Source of the DNA: Eubacteriales bacterium
GTDB lineage: Bacteria; Bacillota; Clostridia; Oscillospirales; CAG-272
Direction: 5' to 3'
Length of the DNA: 64,000 nt
Assembly: GCA_045535375.1 (NCBI GenBank)
Contig: JAZSLM010000007.1
Location: 15,322 to 79,321, forward strand
Of this stretch, positions 9,088-17,187 are shown piece after piece. Position 1 is the stretch's first letter, and each line of letters starts with the position of its first letter. A program made the translations under genes and the position numbers. Below the pieces are notes generated by a model. The model was not told the DNA's origin and did no database searches. It worked only from the letters and a program-made list of their open reading frames with translations.

Positions 9088-11022
9088 ATGCTCGGAACAG
9101 AATTTCTTCCCATCACGCGCGCCGAAATGGAGGCGCGCGGGTGGGACAGACCCGATTTTGTATATATCACGGGGGATGCTTACGTCGATCATCCCTCTTT
9201 TGGCGTTGCCATCATCTCGCGCGTGCTTGAGGCGGCGGGATACCGCGTTGCTATCCTTGCACAGCCGAACTGGAAGACACTTGATGACGTCAAGCGTTTC
9301 GGCAAGCCGAGGCTAGGATTCCTCGTCACCGCGGGCAACGTTGACTCGATGGTATCGCACTACTCGGTCACCCGCCACCGCAGAGGATACGACTATTATT
9401 CCCCCGGCGGAAAGACGGGTCTGCGCCCCGACCGCGCGACTATCGTTTACTCGAACCTCATAAGACAGGCTTACGGCGACGTGCCGATAATCCTTGGAGG
9501 TCTTGAAGCCTCGCTTCGCCGCTTCGCCCACTACGATTATTGGGAGGACCGCATGCGCCGCTCGATGCTCATCGACAGCCGCGCAGATATTCTGACCTAC
9601 GGAATGGGTGAAAACATTCTCCTGCGCATAGCAGAACTTCTCGACAAAGGCGTGCCCGTCAAAAAGATCCGCGACGTGAGAGGCACCTGCTATCTCTGCC
9701 CCGCGGACAAGCTCGAGGTCCACTATCCCGTTGCCACGGAGCTTGACTGGGAAGAGCTCAAAGAGGGCGGACGCGCATATGCCGAGGCTTTCGGCGCGCA
9801 GTACCGCGAGCAGGACGCCATAGGCGGCAGAGCCATAATCGAGCACTACGGCGACAAGCTCCTCGTTCAGAATCCCCCGATGCCTCCGCTTGAAAGAAAA
9901 GAGCTTGACCGCGTTTACGCGCTTCCCTACACCCGAAAAGTCCATCCCGTTTACGACAAGGACGGCGGCGTGCCCGCGATCGCGGAGGTAGCATTCTCGA
10001 TAACGCACAACCGCGGATGCTTCGGTGCTTGCAACTTCTGCGCGCTTGCGTTCCATCAGGGACGAAGCGTGAGAAGCCGTTCGAAGGAAAGCGTTCTTGC
10101 CGAGGCGCGTGATATCGTCAAAATGCCCGATTTCAAGGGTTACATCCACGACGTTGGCGGCCCCACGGCAAATTTCCGCGCGCCCGCGTGCGACAAACAG
10201 CTTCAGCACGGCGTTTGCCCCAACCGCAAGTGCCTCGCCCCGAAGCCCTGCCCCAATCTCAAGGTCGATCACAAGGAATATTACGATCTGATCGAATCGG
10301 TTGAGAAAATTCCGGGCATCAAGAAGGTATTCATCCGCTCGGGAATCAGATTCGACTACCTTATGGCGGACCCCGACGATTCCTTCTTCCGCAAGCTCGT
10401 CCGCGACAACGTTTCGGGACAGCTAAAGGTCGCGCCCGAGCATTGCTCGGCAGGAGTTCTCGCCTATATGGGCAAGCCCGATTTCTCGGTCTATCGCCGT
10501 TTCCGCGAGAAATTCTTTGATCTTTGCCGCGCGTGCGGTAAGGAGCAGTACCTCGTTCCCTACCTTATGTCCAGCCACCCCGGCTCGACTCTGCACGACG
10601 CGATCGCCCTTGCGCTCTACTTAAAGCGCGAAAACCTCTCGCCCGAGCAGGTTCAGGATTTTTACCCCACCCCCGGCACGGCTTCGACCGTAATGTTCGC
10701 AACGGGAATCGATCCCTTCACGGGCAAAAAGGTCTACGTCGCCCGCGACCCGCGCGAAAAGAAGCTTCAGCGCGCGCTTCTGCAGTACGGCAAGCCCGAA
10801 AACGCTCCCTTCGTACGCGAGGCACTCATAGCCGCGCACCGCGAAGACCTCATTGGCACGGGCAAGGATTGCCTCGTCCGCCCCGAGAACACTTTCAAGC
10901 CTCAGGGTAAGAATCAAAATCAGCGCAATCAGAAAAATTCCCACCCGCAGAAAACCGCGAAAGGCTCAAAGCCCGCGGGAAACGGACAAAGGAATAACAA
11001 AAACAATAAGAAAAAAAGATAA
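9088..11022 (+). CDS. ygiQ: YgiQ-family radical SAM protein (UPF0313)
   Basis: 644 aa. The N-terminus FLPITRAEMEARGWDRPDFVYITGDAYVDHPSFG is typical of YgiQ. A CFGACNFC cluster motif and a Lys/Asn-rich tail are present. Confidence 0.85.
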   Translation: MLGTEFLPITRAEMEARGWDRPDFVYITGDAYVDHPSFGVAIISRVLEAAGYRVAILAQPNWKTLDDVKRFGKPRLGFLVTAGNVDSMVSHYSVTRHRRGYDYYSPGGKTGLRPDRATIVYSNLIRQAYGDVPIILGGLEASLRRFAHYDYWEDRMRRSMLIDSRADILTYGMGENILLRIAELLDKGVPVKKIRDVRGTCYLCPADKLEVHYPVATELDWEELKEGGRAYAEAFGAQYREQDAIGGRAIIEHYGDKLLVQNPPMPPLERKELDRVYALPYTRKVHPVYDKDGGVPAIAEVAFSITHNRGCFGACNFCALAFHQGRSVRSRSKESVLAEARDIVKMPDFKGYIHDVGGPTANFRAPACDKQLQHGVCPNRKCLAPKPCPNLKVDHKEYYDLIESVEKIPGIKKVFIRSGIRFDYLMADPDDSFFRKLVRDNVSGQLKVAPEHCSAGVLAYMGKPDFSVYRRFREKFFDLCRACGKEQYLVPYLMSSHPGSTLHDAIALALYLKRENLSPEQVQDFYPTPGTASTVMFATGIDPFTGKKVYVARDPREKKLQRALLQYGKPENAPFVREALIAAHREDLIGTGKDCLVRPENTFKPQGKNQNQRNQKNSHPQKTAKGSKPAGNGQRNNKNNKKKR

Positions 11023-11025
11023 AAT

Positions 11026-11058
11026 AAAGACGGCACCGAATTTCGGTGCCGTCTTTAT
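11026..11058. terminator. Bidirectional rho-independent terminator between ygiQ and the convergent gene
   Basis: Stem gacggcaccg / cggtgccgtc, flanked by an A-run upstream and a T-run downstream. Confidence 0.8.
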
Positions 11059-11062
11059 TGAT

Positions 11063-12124
11063 TCATTTTCTCTTTGAAATCACAAAAGCTGCCGCGATAA
11101 GCGGAATTATTGACGCTGATACGATCGCCGCGCATCCGCTTTCTTCGGGTACGGGCGCTGTTTCCGTCACGGGTTCGGTTTCGGGCACTGCCGTGGTTTC
11201 GGAAGCCGCGGTGGTTTCGGGTTCTGCAGTCGTTTCGGGAACCTTCAGCTCCTCGAAAACGGGTTCGACCGTGCCGGTATAAACGAGGATATTATCAACG
11301 TAGCCGTTAATCGTTCCGCCCGCCTTGAGAACGATCGCCTTTCCGCCGGTTTTGCGCCAATGCGAGCTTGTATATACTTCGTCGTCCTCACTGCCCGCGC
11401 GGGAAACGAGCACGAAATCGCCGCCCTCGGCTGTGTTTCTGATATAAACACGAGGGCCGATGTCGTATTTTTCGCAGACGATGCGGACGGTCAGTGTGAC
11501 GTTTTTGAGCAGCGGGCTTCCGTTATAATCCTTGCCGAGCACCTTCTTGACGATCGTGCTCGTACCGTCGGTATCATCCTGATCGGCGGCAAAATAGGGG
11601 CCCGCCGCATCAAAAGTAGTCCATTTGCCCGCGATTCGAGCCTGATTGTTCGCGGAACCGTTGATTCGGAGGTGGAAGGAATGATAATCGCCTTTGGCAG
11701 TGGGCTTATAATCCGTCAGAAGCGCGATATAGCGTGCGTTGTCGCCCGCAGAGGTCAGAGTGACGTCGAACTGAACGGTATAATCCCCCTGCCACGCGCC
11801 GTACATCTGCGCGTCGTTCAGAAGCATAAAATAGGAATCCTTGCCGCCGCTTTTGTTATTTTCAACGTAAAGCCTGCCGTCGATGATCGAAAGCTTCGCC
11901 GTCGGATCGTTGACCGCCGTCTTGTTGGCGTTTGAAAGCGCGGTCCATCCGAGAGCCTGCAGTACCTTTTCGTTGCCGCCCATATTGTCGTAATTAAATT
12001 CTTCGTAATAAACGATATTATATCCAACGCCCGGCTCCGCCTCGTCGCGCGGAGCGGCAGAGACCGAGGTGGTGAGAAGTGTCGAGATAAGAATAAAAGT
12101 GAAAGCCCTGAAGAGTTTTTTCAT
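11063..12124 (-). CDS. Secreted protein with a signal peptide, a jelly-roll/LamG-like body, a Thr/Pro/Glu linker and a C-terminal hydrophobic anchor
   Basis: The likely start is MKKLFRAFTFILISTLLTTSVSAAP at 12124; the ORF-track start at 12184 lacks an RBS. The C-terminus is PETTAEPETTAASETTAVPETEPVTETAPVPEESGCAAIVSASIIPLIAAAFVISKRK. Confidence 0.7.
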   Translation of the reverse strand: MKKLFRAFTFILISTLLTTSVSAAPRDEAEPGVGYNIVYYEEFNYDNMGGNEKVLQALGWTALSNANKTAVNDPTAKLSIIDGRLYVENNKSGGKDSYFMLLNDAQMYGAWQGDYTVQFDVTLTSAGDNARYIALLTDYKPTAKGDYHSFHLRINGSANNQARIAGKWTTFDAAGPYFAADQDDTDGTSTIVKKVLGKDYNGSPLLKNVTLTVRIVCEKYDIGPRVYIRNTAEGGDFVLVSRAGSEDDEVYTSSHWRKTGGKAIVLKAGGTINGYVDNILVYTGTVEPVFEELKVPETTAEPETTAASETTAVPETEPVTETAPVPEESGCAAIVSASIIPLIAAAFVISKRK

Positions 12125-12204
12125 CAAATTGCATCCTTTCGCTTGATATTTTATTTTACCATATATAAAAGGAATTGTCAACAAAAATTTTATTCAAAAA
12201 AGTC

Positions 12205-12232
12205 TTGACTTTTTCGGCACGTCGTGTATAAT
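12205..12232 (+). promoter_or_regulatory. SigA-type promoter for the phosphoribosyltransferase gene
   Basis: TTGACT (12205-12210), a 16-nt spacer ending in TG, then TATAAT (12227-12232). Confidence 0.6.
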
Positions 12233-12271
12233 TATATATGGAAGAAAAAATCACTCAAGGAGTTAAAAATC

Positions 12272-12835
12272 ATGGCAAAAACACACTACAATATGAACAT
12301 CGCGGGCTGCGACCGCGCGCTTCCTCTCTGCCCTCTCAACGAGAATCTGCAGATCGGTGCTTTCGTCATCTTCGGCGACCCCGAGCTGACCACGGCTTGC
12401 GCGCAGAAGATGCTCGATCTGGCACCCGAATACGACTACCTCATTTCCGCCGAAGCAAAGGGCATTCCGCTCGTTCACGAAATGGCGCGTCTTGCGGGAA
12501 ATCAGAAATACTTTCTCGCGCGCAAGGCGGCAAAGCTTTATATGACAGGCGTTTTCGAGGTCATCGTCAACTCGATCACCACCGCAAAGGAGCAGAAGCT
12601 TTATCTTGACAAGGCAGACGCCGATCTGATGAAGGGCAAAAAGATCCTCATCGTCGACGACGTTATCTCGACCGGCGAGAGCCTGCTTGCGATCGAAAAG
12701 CTTGTAAATGCCGCCGGAGGCAACATCTGCGGACGCATGGCGATCCTTGCCGAAGGCGACGCAACCAAGAGGGACGACCTCATTTATCTCGAAAAGCTGC
12801 CCCTCTTCGACAAAGAGGGCAACCCCATAGATTGA
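12272..12835 (+). CDS. Type I phosphoribosyltransferase-family protein (adenine/purine PRT-like)
   Basis: PRPP-binding motif KILIVDDVISTGESL. AAGGAG lies 9 nt before the ATG at 12272. The ORF-track start at 12224 lies inside the promoter. Confidence 0.7.
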   Translation: MAKTHYNMNIAGCDRALPLCPLNENLQIGAFVIFGDPELTTACAQKMLDLAPEYDYLISAEAKGIPLVHEMARLAGNQKYFLARKAAKLYMTGVFEVIVNSITTAKEQKLYLDKADADLMKGKKILIVDDVISTGESLLAIEKLVNAAGGNICGRMAILAEGDATKRDDLIYLEKLPLFDKEGNPID

Positions 12836-12842
12836 TACACCG

Positions 12843-14603
12843 ATGAAGAATAATTTCAAAAGATTATTATCCTTCTTCCTCCTTGCCTGCATGCTCTTCT
12901 CTGCGGTTGCGTGCACCGGCGGGATAGGGGAAGAAACCACTCAGCCGATCACGAACGCGATCACGGAAGCACCCGAAACCGAGGCTCCCGGATTCAACCT
13001 GCACGCGGATTTCAAGCTTTGCCGACCCGATGAAGCGGCGGACGAGGAAGTAGCGGCAATGCAGCTTCTCTCGCGCGGTCTTGAGAGCACATTCGGCTTC
13101 CGGTTTTCGATGTCGACAGACTTCACCAAGAAGGGCGCCGAGGTCAAGCCGGCCGAATTTGAGATCCTCATCGGACAAACCAACCGCGCGGATTCGGTCA
13201 GCGCACTCGAGGATCTGACCTATTACGATTGGACCTATAAGATCGTCAGCGAAAACGTCATCGTCATCTGCGGCGGCTCGCCCGAAGCAACCGTGACCGC
13301 TGCCAAAAGCTTCCTCAAAGATCTCTTCGGCTACGAAGAGGACGCCGACGGCAAGGTCCTTACCGCAGGAAGCGCTTCCGAGCTAAAGATCGGCACGGAA
13401 TTTCTTTACACCAAAGGCTACCCGATCACTTCGCTCAAGCTCGGTGACAGAGAAATCACCGAATACTCGATCGTCGACGCAACCAAGAACGGCAAGAACA
13501 CGGAATTGATCGTTCAGGGAATCAGCCGCGTTTGCGGTGTCAATCTCCCCGTTGTTCCTCTTGCCGAATACAATGGCGGACCCGCCATATTCTTCGGATG
13601 CGGAAAGACCGACGGAAACCACGGTGAGCACGAATATTTCGTATCTGCACGCTATTTCATCACCGAATCTGACGGAAATATCTTCATTGATTTCAAAACC
13701 GACTCGGCAGGCAGCAAGGCAGCCGAGCGATTCATATTCGAATATATGCCCGCCAGCGCTTCCGGTGAATACAAGATCGAGCTTTCGAACGACCGCGCTT
13801 ATTCGGGGCTCAACGTTCATACGGGAACCAACAAGCTCAGTGAGGTCAAAAAGACTTCAAAGGAAGTCGCGCCCGGCATTATTTATACCGAGATCCTTTA
13901 CGATGACAAGAATTCCGCGCCCGTGCGCGCTTACGCGATAAGCATCAAGAAGGGAGCGGCGACTATCCAAACCACTATGCCCTCCGACAGCGCGGAAAAG
14001 AAAGGAAGCGTTTCGAATATGAAGAATCAGCTCTCCGCCGCGATCTCGAACGGCAAAAACGTTCTTGCGGGTGTCAACGCCGACTTCTTCGATATGGGCG
14101 GAACGAACGTGATGCGCGGCCTTTGCATCAAGGACGGCACATTGATCAGCGGCACGGGCGACCGCCCCTGGTTCGGGATCACCGCCGAGGGCGATGCCGT
14201 TATGGGCACCTCCGACGAATACATTTCCTACAAAGACAAGCTCACCGCCGCAGTCGGCGGCTCGCACGTCTTGCTCAGAAACGGAGCGGTCGATAACGTT
14301 TCGGTCGGCACCGAATTTTCCGATACGCGCCATCCCCGCACCGCGGCGGGCGTCACAGCGGACGGAACCATCGTGCTTGTCGTCGTTGACGGCAGACAGC
14401 CCATCGTTTCGAACGGAGCTTCCCTGTCCGACCTCGCATACATTATGTCGACACTTGACTGCGTCAATGCGGTCAACCTTGACGGCGGCGGATCCTCCAC
14501 CTTCATACTTAAAAACGAAAAAGGCGAGCTTATCACAGAAAACAGCCCCTCGGACGGCTCTTTGCGTGCCGTTGCGAACGGACTGATGGTGGTTTTGCCG
14601 TAA
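12843..14603 (+). CDS. Lipoprotein with a C-terminal phosphodiester glycosidase (NAGPA/DUF2233) domain
   Basis: Lipobox LLACMLFSAVAC. The C-terminal block NADFFDMGG...RTAAGVTADGTIVLVVVDGRQ...NLDGGGSSTF is typical of the family. Confidence 0.75.
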   Translation: MKNNFKRLLSFFLLACMLFSAVACTGGIGEETTQPITNAITEAPETEAPGFNLHADFKLCRPDEAADEEVAAMQLLSRGLESTFGFRFSMSTDFTKKGAEVKPAEFEILIGQTNRADSVSALEDLTYYDWTYKIVSENVIVICGGSPEATVTAAKSFLKDLFGYEEDADGKVLTAGSASELKIGTEFLYTKGYPITSLKLGDREITEYSIVDATKNGKNTELIVQGISRVCGVNLPVVPLAEYNGGPAIFFGCGKTDGNHGEHEYFVSARYFITESDGNIFIDFKTDSAGSKAAERFIFEYMPASASGEYKIELSNDRAYSGLNVHTGTNKLSEVKKTSKEVAPGIIYTEILYDDKNSAPVRAYAISIKKGAATIQTTMPSDSAEKKGSVSNMKNQLSAAISNGKNVLAGVNADFFDMGGTNVMRGLCIKDGTLISGTGDRPWFGITAEGDAVMGTSDEYISYKDKLTAAVGGSHVLLRNGAVDNVSVGTEFSDTRHPRTAAGVTADGTIVLVVVDGRQPIVSNGASLSDLAYIMSTLDCVNAVNLDGGGSSTFILKNEKGELITENSPSDGSLRAVANGLMVVLP

Positions 14604-14673
14604 CAATTCCCGCCACAAACGGGAATTAGTGACTGGTGACTAGTAAAATGTGAATTATCAAATTTTTATAAAT

Positions 14674-14703
14674 AAAGCGGAGCGCAAGCTCCGCTTTATT
14701 TTT
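14674..14703. terminator. Bidirectional terminator
   Basis: Stem aaagcggagc, GCAA loop, gctccgcttt, followed by a T-run and preceded by an A-run. It lies between convergent genes. Confidence 0.8.
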
Positions 14704-14920
14704 ACATTGTAGCAGATTCCTCGTAATCATCGCGCGAGCGGAAGAGGAGCGTAACGCACCAAAGACCCGCAAGAGCAACGAGGGTATAAACGATTCGTGC
14801 TCCGAGGGTATCGTTGCCTCCGAAGAGCCAAGCCACGGTATCGAACTTAAAAAGTCCGACTCCGCCCCAGTTGAAAGCACCGACGATAGTCAGAATGAGA
14901 GCAATACGGTCGATTATCAT
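14702..14920 (-). CDS. DUF378-family small membrane protein
   Basis: 72 aa. IALILTIVGAFNWGGVGLFKFD is the DUF378 signature. AAGGAGG precedes the start. Confidence 0.8.
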   Translation of the reverse strand: MIIDRIALILTIVGAFNWGGVGLFKFDTVAWLFGGNDTLGARIVYTLVALAGLWCVTLLFRSRDDYEESATM

Positions 14921-15097
14921 AGGTAAGCCTCCTTATAATTTGCACAAGTTTTGCGCTCATGAGTATTATTTACCCGCGAAAAACAGTCTATTCACTCAAG
15001 ATAAAAAAGGAAAACATCTCCGTCACCGCTCATTCCCCGACTTTTTCAAAAAATCCAAAAAAATCGCATTTTTCTAAAACTTTTTTTCAAAAAGGTA

Positions 15098-15126
15098 TTG
15101 ACATTTCACAAAATATATGATATAAT
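15098..15126 (+). promoter_or_regulatory. Consensus SigA promoter driving the tRNA
   Basis: TTGACA (15098-15103), a 17-nt spacer with an extended TG, then TATAAT (15121-15126). It ends 18 nt before the tRNA. Confidence 0.8.
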
Positions 15127-15143
15127 ATTCAAGCATCAAACGT

Positions 15144-15218
15144 GGCCCATTGGTCAAGCGGTCAAGACGCTAGCCTCTCACGCTGGAAACTCGGGTTCGA
15201 TTCCCGGATGGGTCACCA
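15144..15218 (+). tRNA. tRNA-Glu (anticodon CUC), CCA encoded
   Basis: Hand-folded. Acceptor stem GGCCCAT/ATGGGTC. D-arm TGGTCAAGCGGTCAAGAC as in Firmicute tRNA-Glu. Anticodon stem CTAGC/GCTGG with loop CTCTCAC. T-arm TCGGG-TTCGATT-CCCGG. Ends in ACCA. Confidence 0.85.
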
Positions 15219-15220
15219 AT

Positions 15221-15258
15221 AAGAAAAGCACGACGCACAGCGTCGTGCTTTTCTTATT
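15221..15258 (+). terminator. Rho-independent terminator after the tRNA
   Basis: aagaaaagcacgacgc-acag-gcgtcgtgcttttctt, a perfect 16-bp stem followed by a T-rich tail. Confidence 0.8.
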
Positions 15259-15363
15259 GCTGAATTCAATGGAATCAGAACCCCGTGTAGTTGCGCTTGC
15301 GCAACTACACAAAACGTGCGGCGCACCTGTTTTCAGTTTAGCACAAATCAAATCCGCACGTGG

Positions 15364-15430
15364 GGGTTCAGATTCCCGGATGGGTCACCAAAAAAGAAAA
15401 ATCCGAACTCCGTTCGGATTTTTCTTTTTA
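15364..15430 (+). repeat. Duplicated tRNA-Glu 3' end (27 nt, one inserted base) plus a second terminator-like hairpin; no 5' half
   Basis: gggttcAgattcccggatgggtcacca matches tRNA positions 15192-15218. It is followed by aagaaaaatccgaac-tcc-gttcggatttttctt, which has the same AAGAAAA/TTTTCTT frame as the first terminator but a different stem core. Confidence 0.8.
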
Positions 15431-15432
15431 TT

Positions 15433-15600
15433 CAAGCCGCAGGCTTGGTATATCATCACGCGCAAGCGTGTATATCATCGCCGAAGGCGTATATCATCAC
15501 GCGTCTGCGTGTATCCCCTGCGGATTGATGATATACAATGCTGCGCATTGATGATATACCGCAACAGGTTGCGAATGATATACACGCCTTCGGCGTGATC
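15433..15600. repeat. Mirrored array of short GC hairpins punctuated by the word TATATCATC (3 forward copies, 3 reverse)
   Basis: Forward TATATCATC at 15449, 15471 and 15490. Reverse (G)ATGATATA at 15527, 15550 and 15575. Each copy adjoins a different 4-6 bp GC stem, for example cacgc-gcaa-gcgtg, cgcc-gaa-ggcg, caatgc-tgc-gcattg, cacgcc-ttc-ggcgtg. Confidence 0.8.
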
Positions 15601-15650
15601 AGGATGCGAGAGATTGCGTTTGCGGCCTTCTGCATGACTAAAATAAAACA

Positions 15651-15676
15651 ATAGCCCCGCGCGAAGCGGGGCTGCA
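15651..15676 (-). terminator. Terminator of the minus-strand corrinoid operon
   Basis: agccccgc-gcgaa-gcggggct, followed on the minus strand by attgttttatttt. Confidence 0.75.
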
Positions 15677-15681
15677 TTCAT

Positions 15682-17187
15682 TTATACCTCCTCAAACATC
15701 ATCCCCATCATAAAGTACTCGGAGAAGACTTTGTTGGTCGATAGTTCGAGTGTTTCTGCTTTTTCCGCCAGACCGCGCGCTTTTTCGCTCATATTCGCAT
15801 TGAGCAGGAGCATCGACGCGCCTTCGAGGGCGGCGTTGCCGACGGTTTCCGAATTTTTTGCAAGAGAGGTCGGCAAGAGTCCGATCTTTGCGGCGCTTTT
15901 TTTATTGAGATAATTTCCGAATCCGCCTGCGATATAAAGGATCGGAACGTCCTCGGGTTCGATGCCCGCGCTTTCGGTGAGGGTAAGAAGTCCCGCGCAG
16001 ATCGCGCTTTTGGCAAGCTGGAGCATTCGGATGTCCTGCGCGGTGACAGAAACGCCGTCGCAAAGCGTGAAGGGATCTTCGTCAAGTGCGCCTGTCTCAT
16101 CGATAATTTCGCAGTCGAGCATGCAAGCCGCGGCATCGACGAGTCCGCTTCCGCAGATTCCGATCGCTTTGCCTCCGCCGATGACGTGCGGATAGGGCTC
16201 GCCGTTGAGCAGGACCACTTTATCGATCGCACCGGCGGCGCCTCGCATACCCATCGAGATACCAACGCCCTCGAAAGCGGGGCCGGCGGCAGTTGAACAG
16301 ACGGTAAGTTTTCCTCCGTGCCGGATCGCCATCTCGCCGTTCGTTCCGATATCGACGAGCATTGCCATTTCACCGTCGCAAAGCCCCGTGGAAATCAAGG
16401 CGCAAACGGTATCCGCGCCGACAAAAGCCGAGATACAAGGCGGCAGATAAACCGCGGTTTCGGGGGAAAGGCTCGAAAGATCGAGCGCCTTCGCCGTCAA
16501 CGTTTCGCCAAACAGCCTTTTTGCCTCGAAAGGTGCGTGCGAGAAAGGCTCAACCGATTCGACGGTCAGCAGCGAAAGCATTACGGTGTTGCCGGTAACG
16601 GCAACGGCATCAATATTCTTTGAATCAATTTTTGCTTTTGAAGCAAGCTCCACGAGGATTTCATCCAGAGCCTTACGGATCGAATCGGCAAGCTCCTCGT
16701 CTTTTCCGCCGAGGGCGGCTTCTATTCGCGAAATGACGTCGGCACCAAACTCCGACTGTGGATTGAGGCGCGAAGACGTGGCAAGAATATTACCTTTTGC
16801 ATCGTAAAGCCTTGCCGCCAGAGTGGTGGTGCCGATATCTATCGCGGCGCCGTACTGCACAAAGATCGGGTTCAGATCAAACCCGATCCGCTTTCCTGCG
16901 GTAACTATCTGCGCATCCGAATCGGATGCGACGTTCTTCACCTCGGCATCACCCTCGGCGAAGGTACAGCAAGAAAGACGTATGCCTGCGGCAAGCTCTT
17001 CGTTTGTCAAAAGTTCGCGCTCGGCGGCGCTCGGCGGGGAAAGTTTGCCCTTTGCCCACACCTTGCATTTTCCGCATTTGCCGTGGCCGCCGCAGGGCTT
17101 TTCGCCCGCGATGATCTCGGAAAGTGCGGCACCGGCGAGGGCTCTGCGCTCCTCGCCGTTTACGATAACTTTAATATAATCACTCAT
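15682..17187 (-). CDS. Corrinoid activation/regeneration protein (RACo/AcsV-like): N-terminal 2Fe-2S ferredoxin domain plus ASKHA ATPase domain
   Basis: 501 aa. The plant-type ferredoxin motif CGGHGKCGKCKV...LSCC is followed by a DUF4445/ASKHA-like body (DIGTTT...VDIGTNGE). Confidence 0.75.
   Translation of the reverse strand: MSDYIKVIVNGEERRALAGAALSEIIAGEKPCGGHGKCGKCKVWAKGKLSPPSAAERELLTNEELAAGIRLSCCTFAEGDAEVKNVASDSDAQIVTAGKRIGFDLNPIFVQYGAAIDIGTTTLAARLYDAKGNILATSSRLNPQSEFGADVISRIEAALGGKDEELADSIRKALDEILVELASKAKIDSKNIDAVAVTGNTVMLSLLTVESVEPFSHAPFEAKRLFGETLTAKALDLSSLSPETAVYLPPCISAFVGADTVCALISTGLCDGEMAMLVDIGTNGEMAIRHGGKLTVCSTAAGPAFEGVGISMGMRGAAGAIDKVVLLNGEPYPHVIGGGKAIGICGSGLVDAAACMLDCEIIDETGALDEDPFTLCDGVSVTAQDIRMLQLAKSAICAGLLTLTESAGIEPEDVPILYIAGGFGNYLNKKSAAKIGLLPTSLAKNSETVGNAALEGASMLLLNANMSEKARGLAEKAETLELSTNKVFSEYFMMGMMFEEV

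Noticed and set aside
8477-9170. Two ORFs (8477..8788 + and 8919..9170 -) encoding the shared peptide FWVSPHHPLRRELLPGEAL
   Set aside because: The shared peptide is simply the translation of the two inverted-repeat arms read in mirror orientation. There is no RBS, and the ORFs run through AT-rich non-coding core.
15259-15390. A second complete tRNA gene ending at 15390
   Set aside because: Only the T-arm/acceptor 3' strand is present. No complementary 5' acceptor strand (ggcccat-like), D-arm or anticodon arm can be found upstream.
15098-15598. 166-aa ORF spanning the tRNA region
   Set aside because: It runs through a promoter, a tRNA gene, two terminators and the hairpin array, and has no coding signal.
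15446-15600. CRISPR array
   Set aside because: The repeated word is only 9 nt. The intervening 10-15 nt segments are self-complementary hairpins. The orientation flips mid-array. No cas genes are present.
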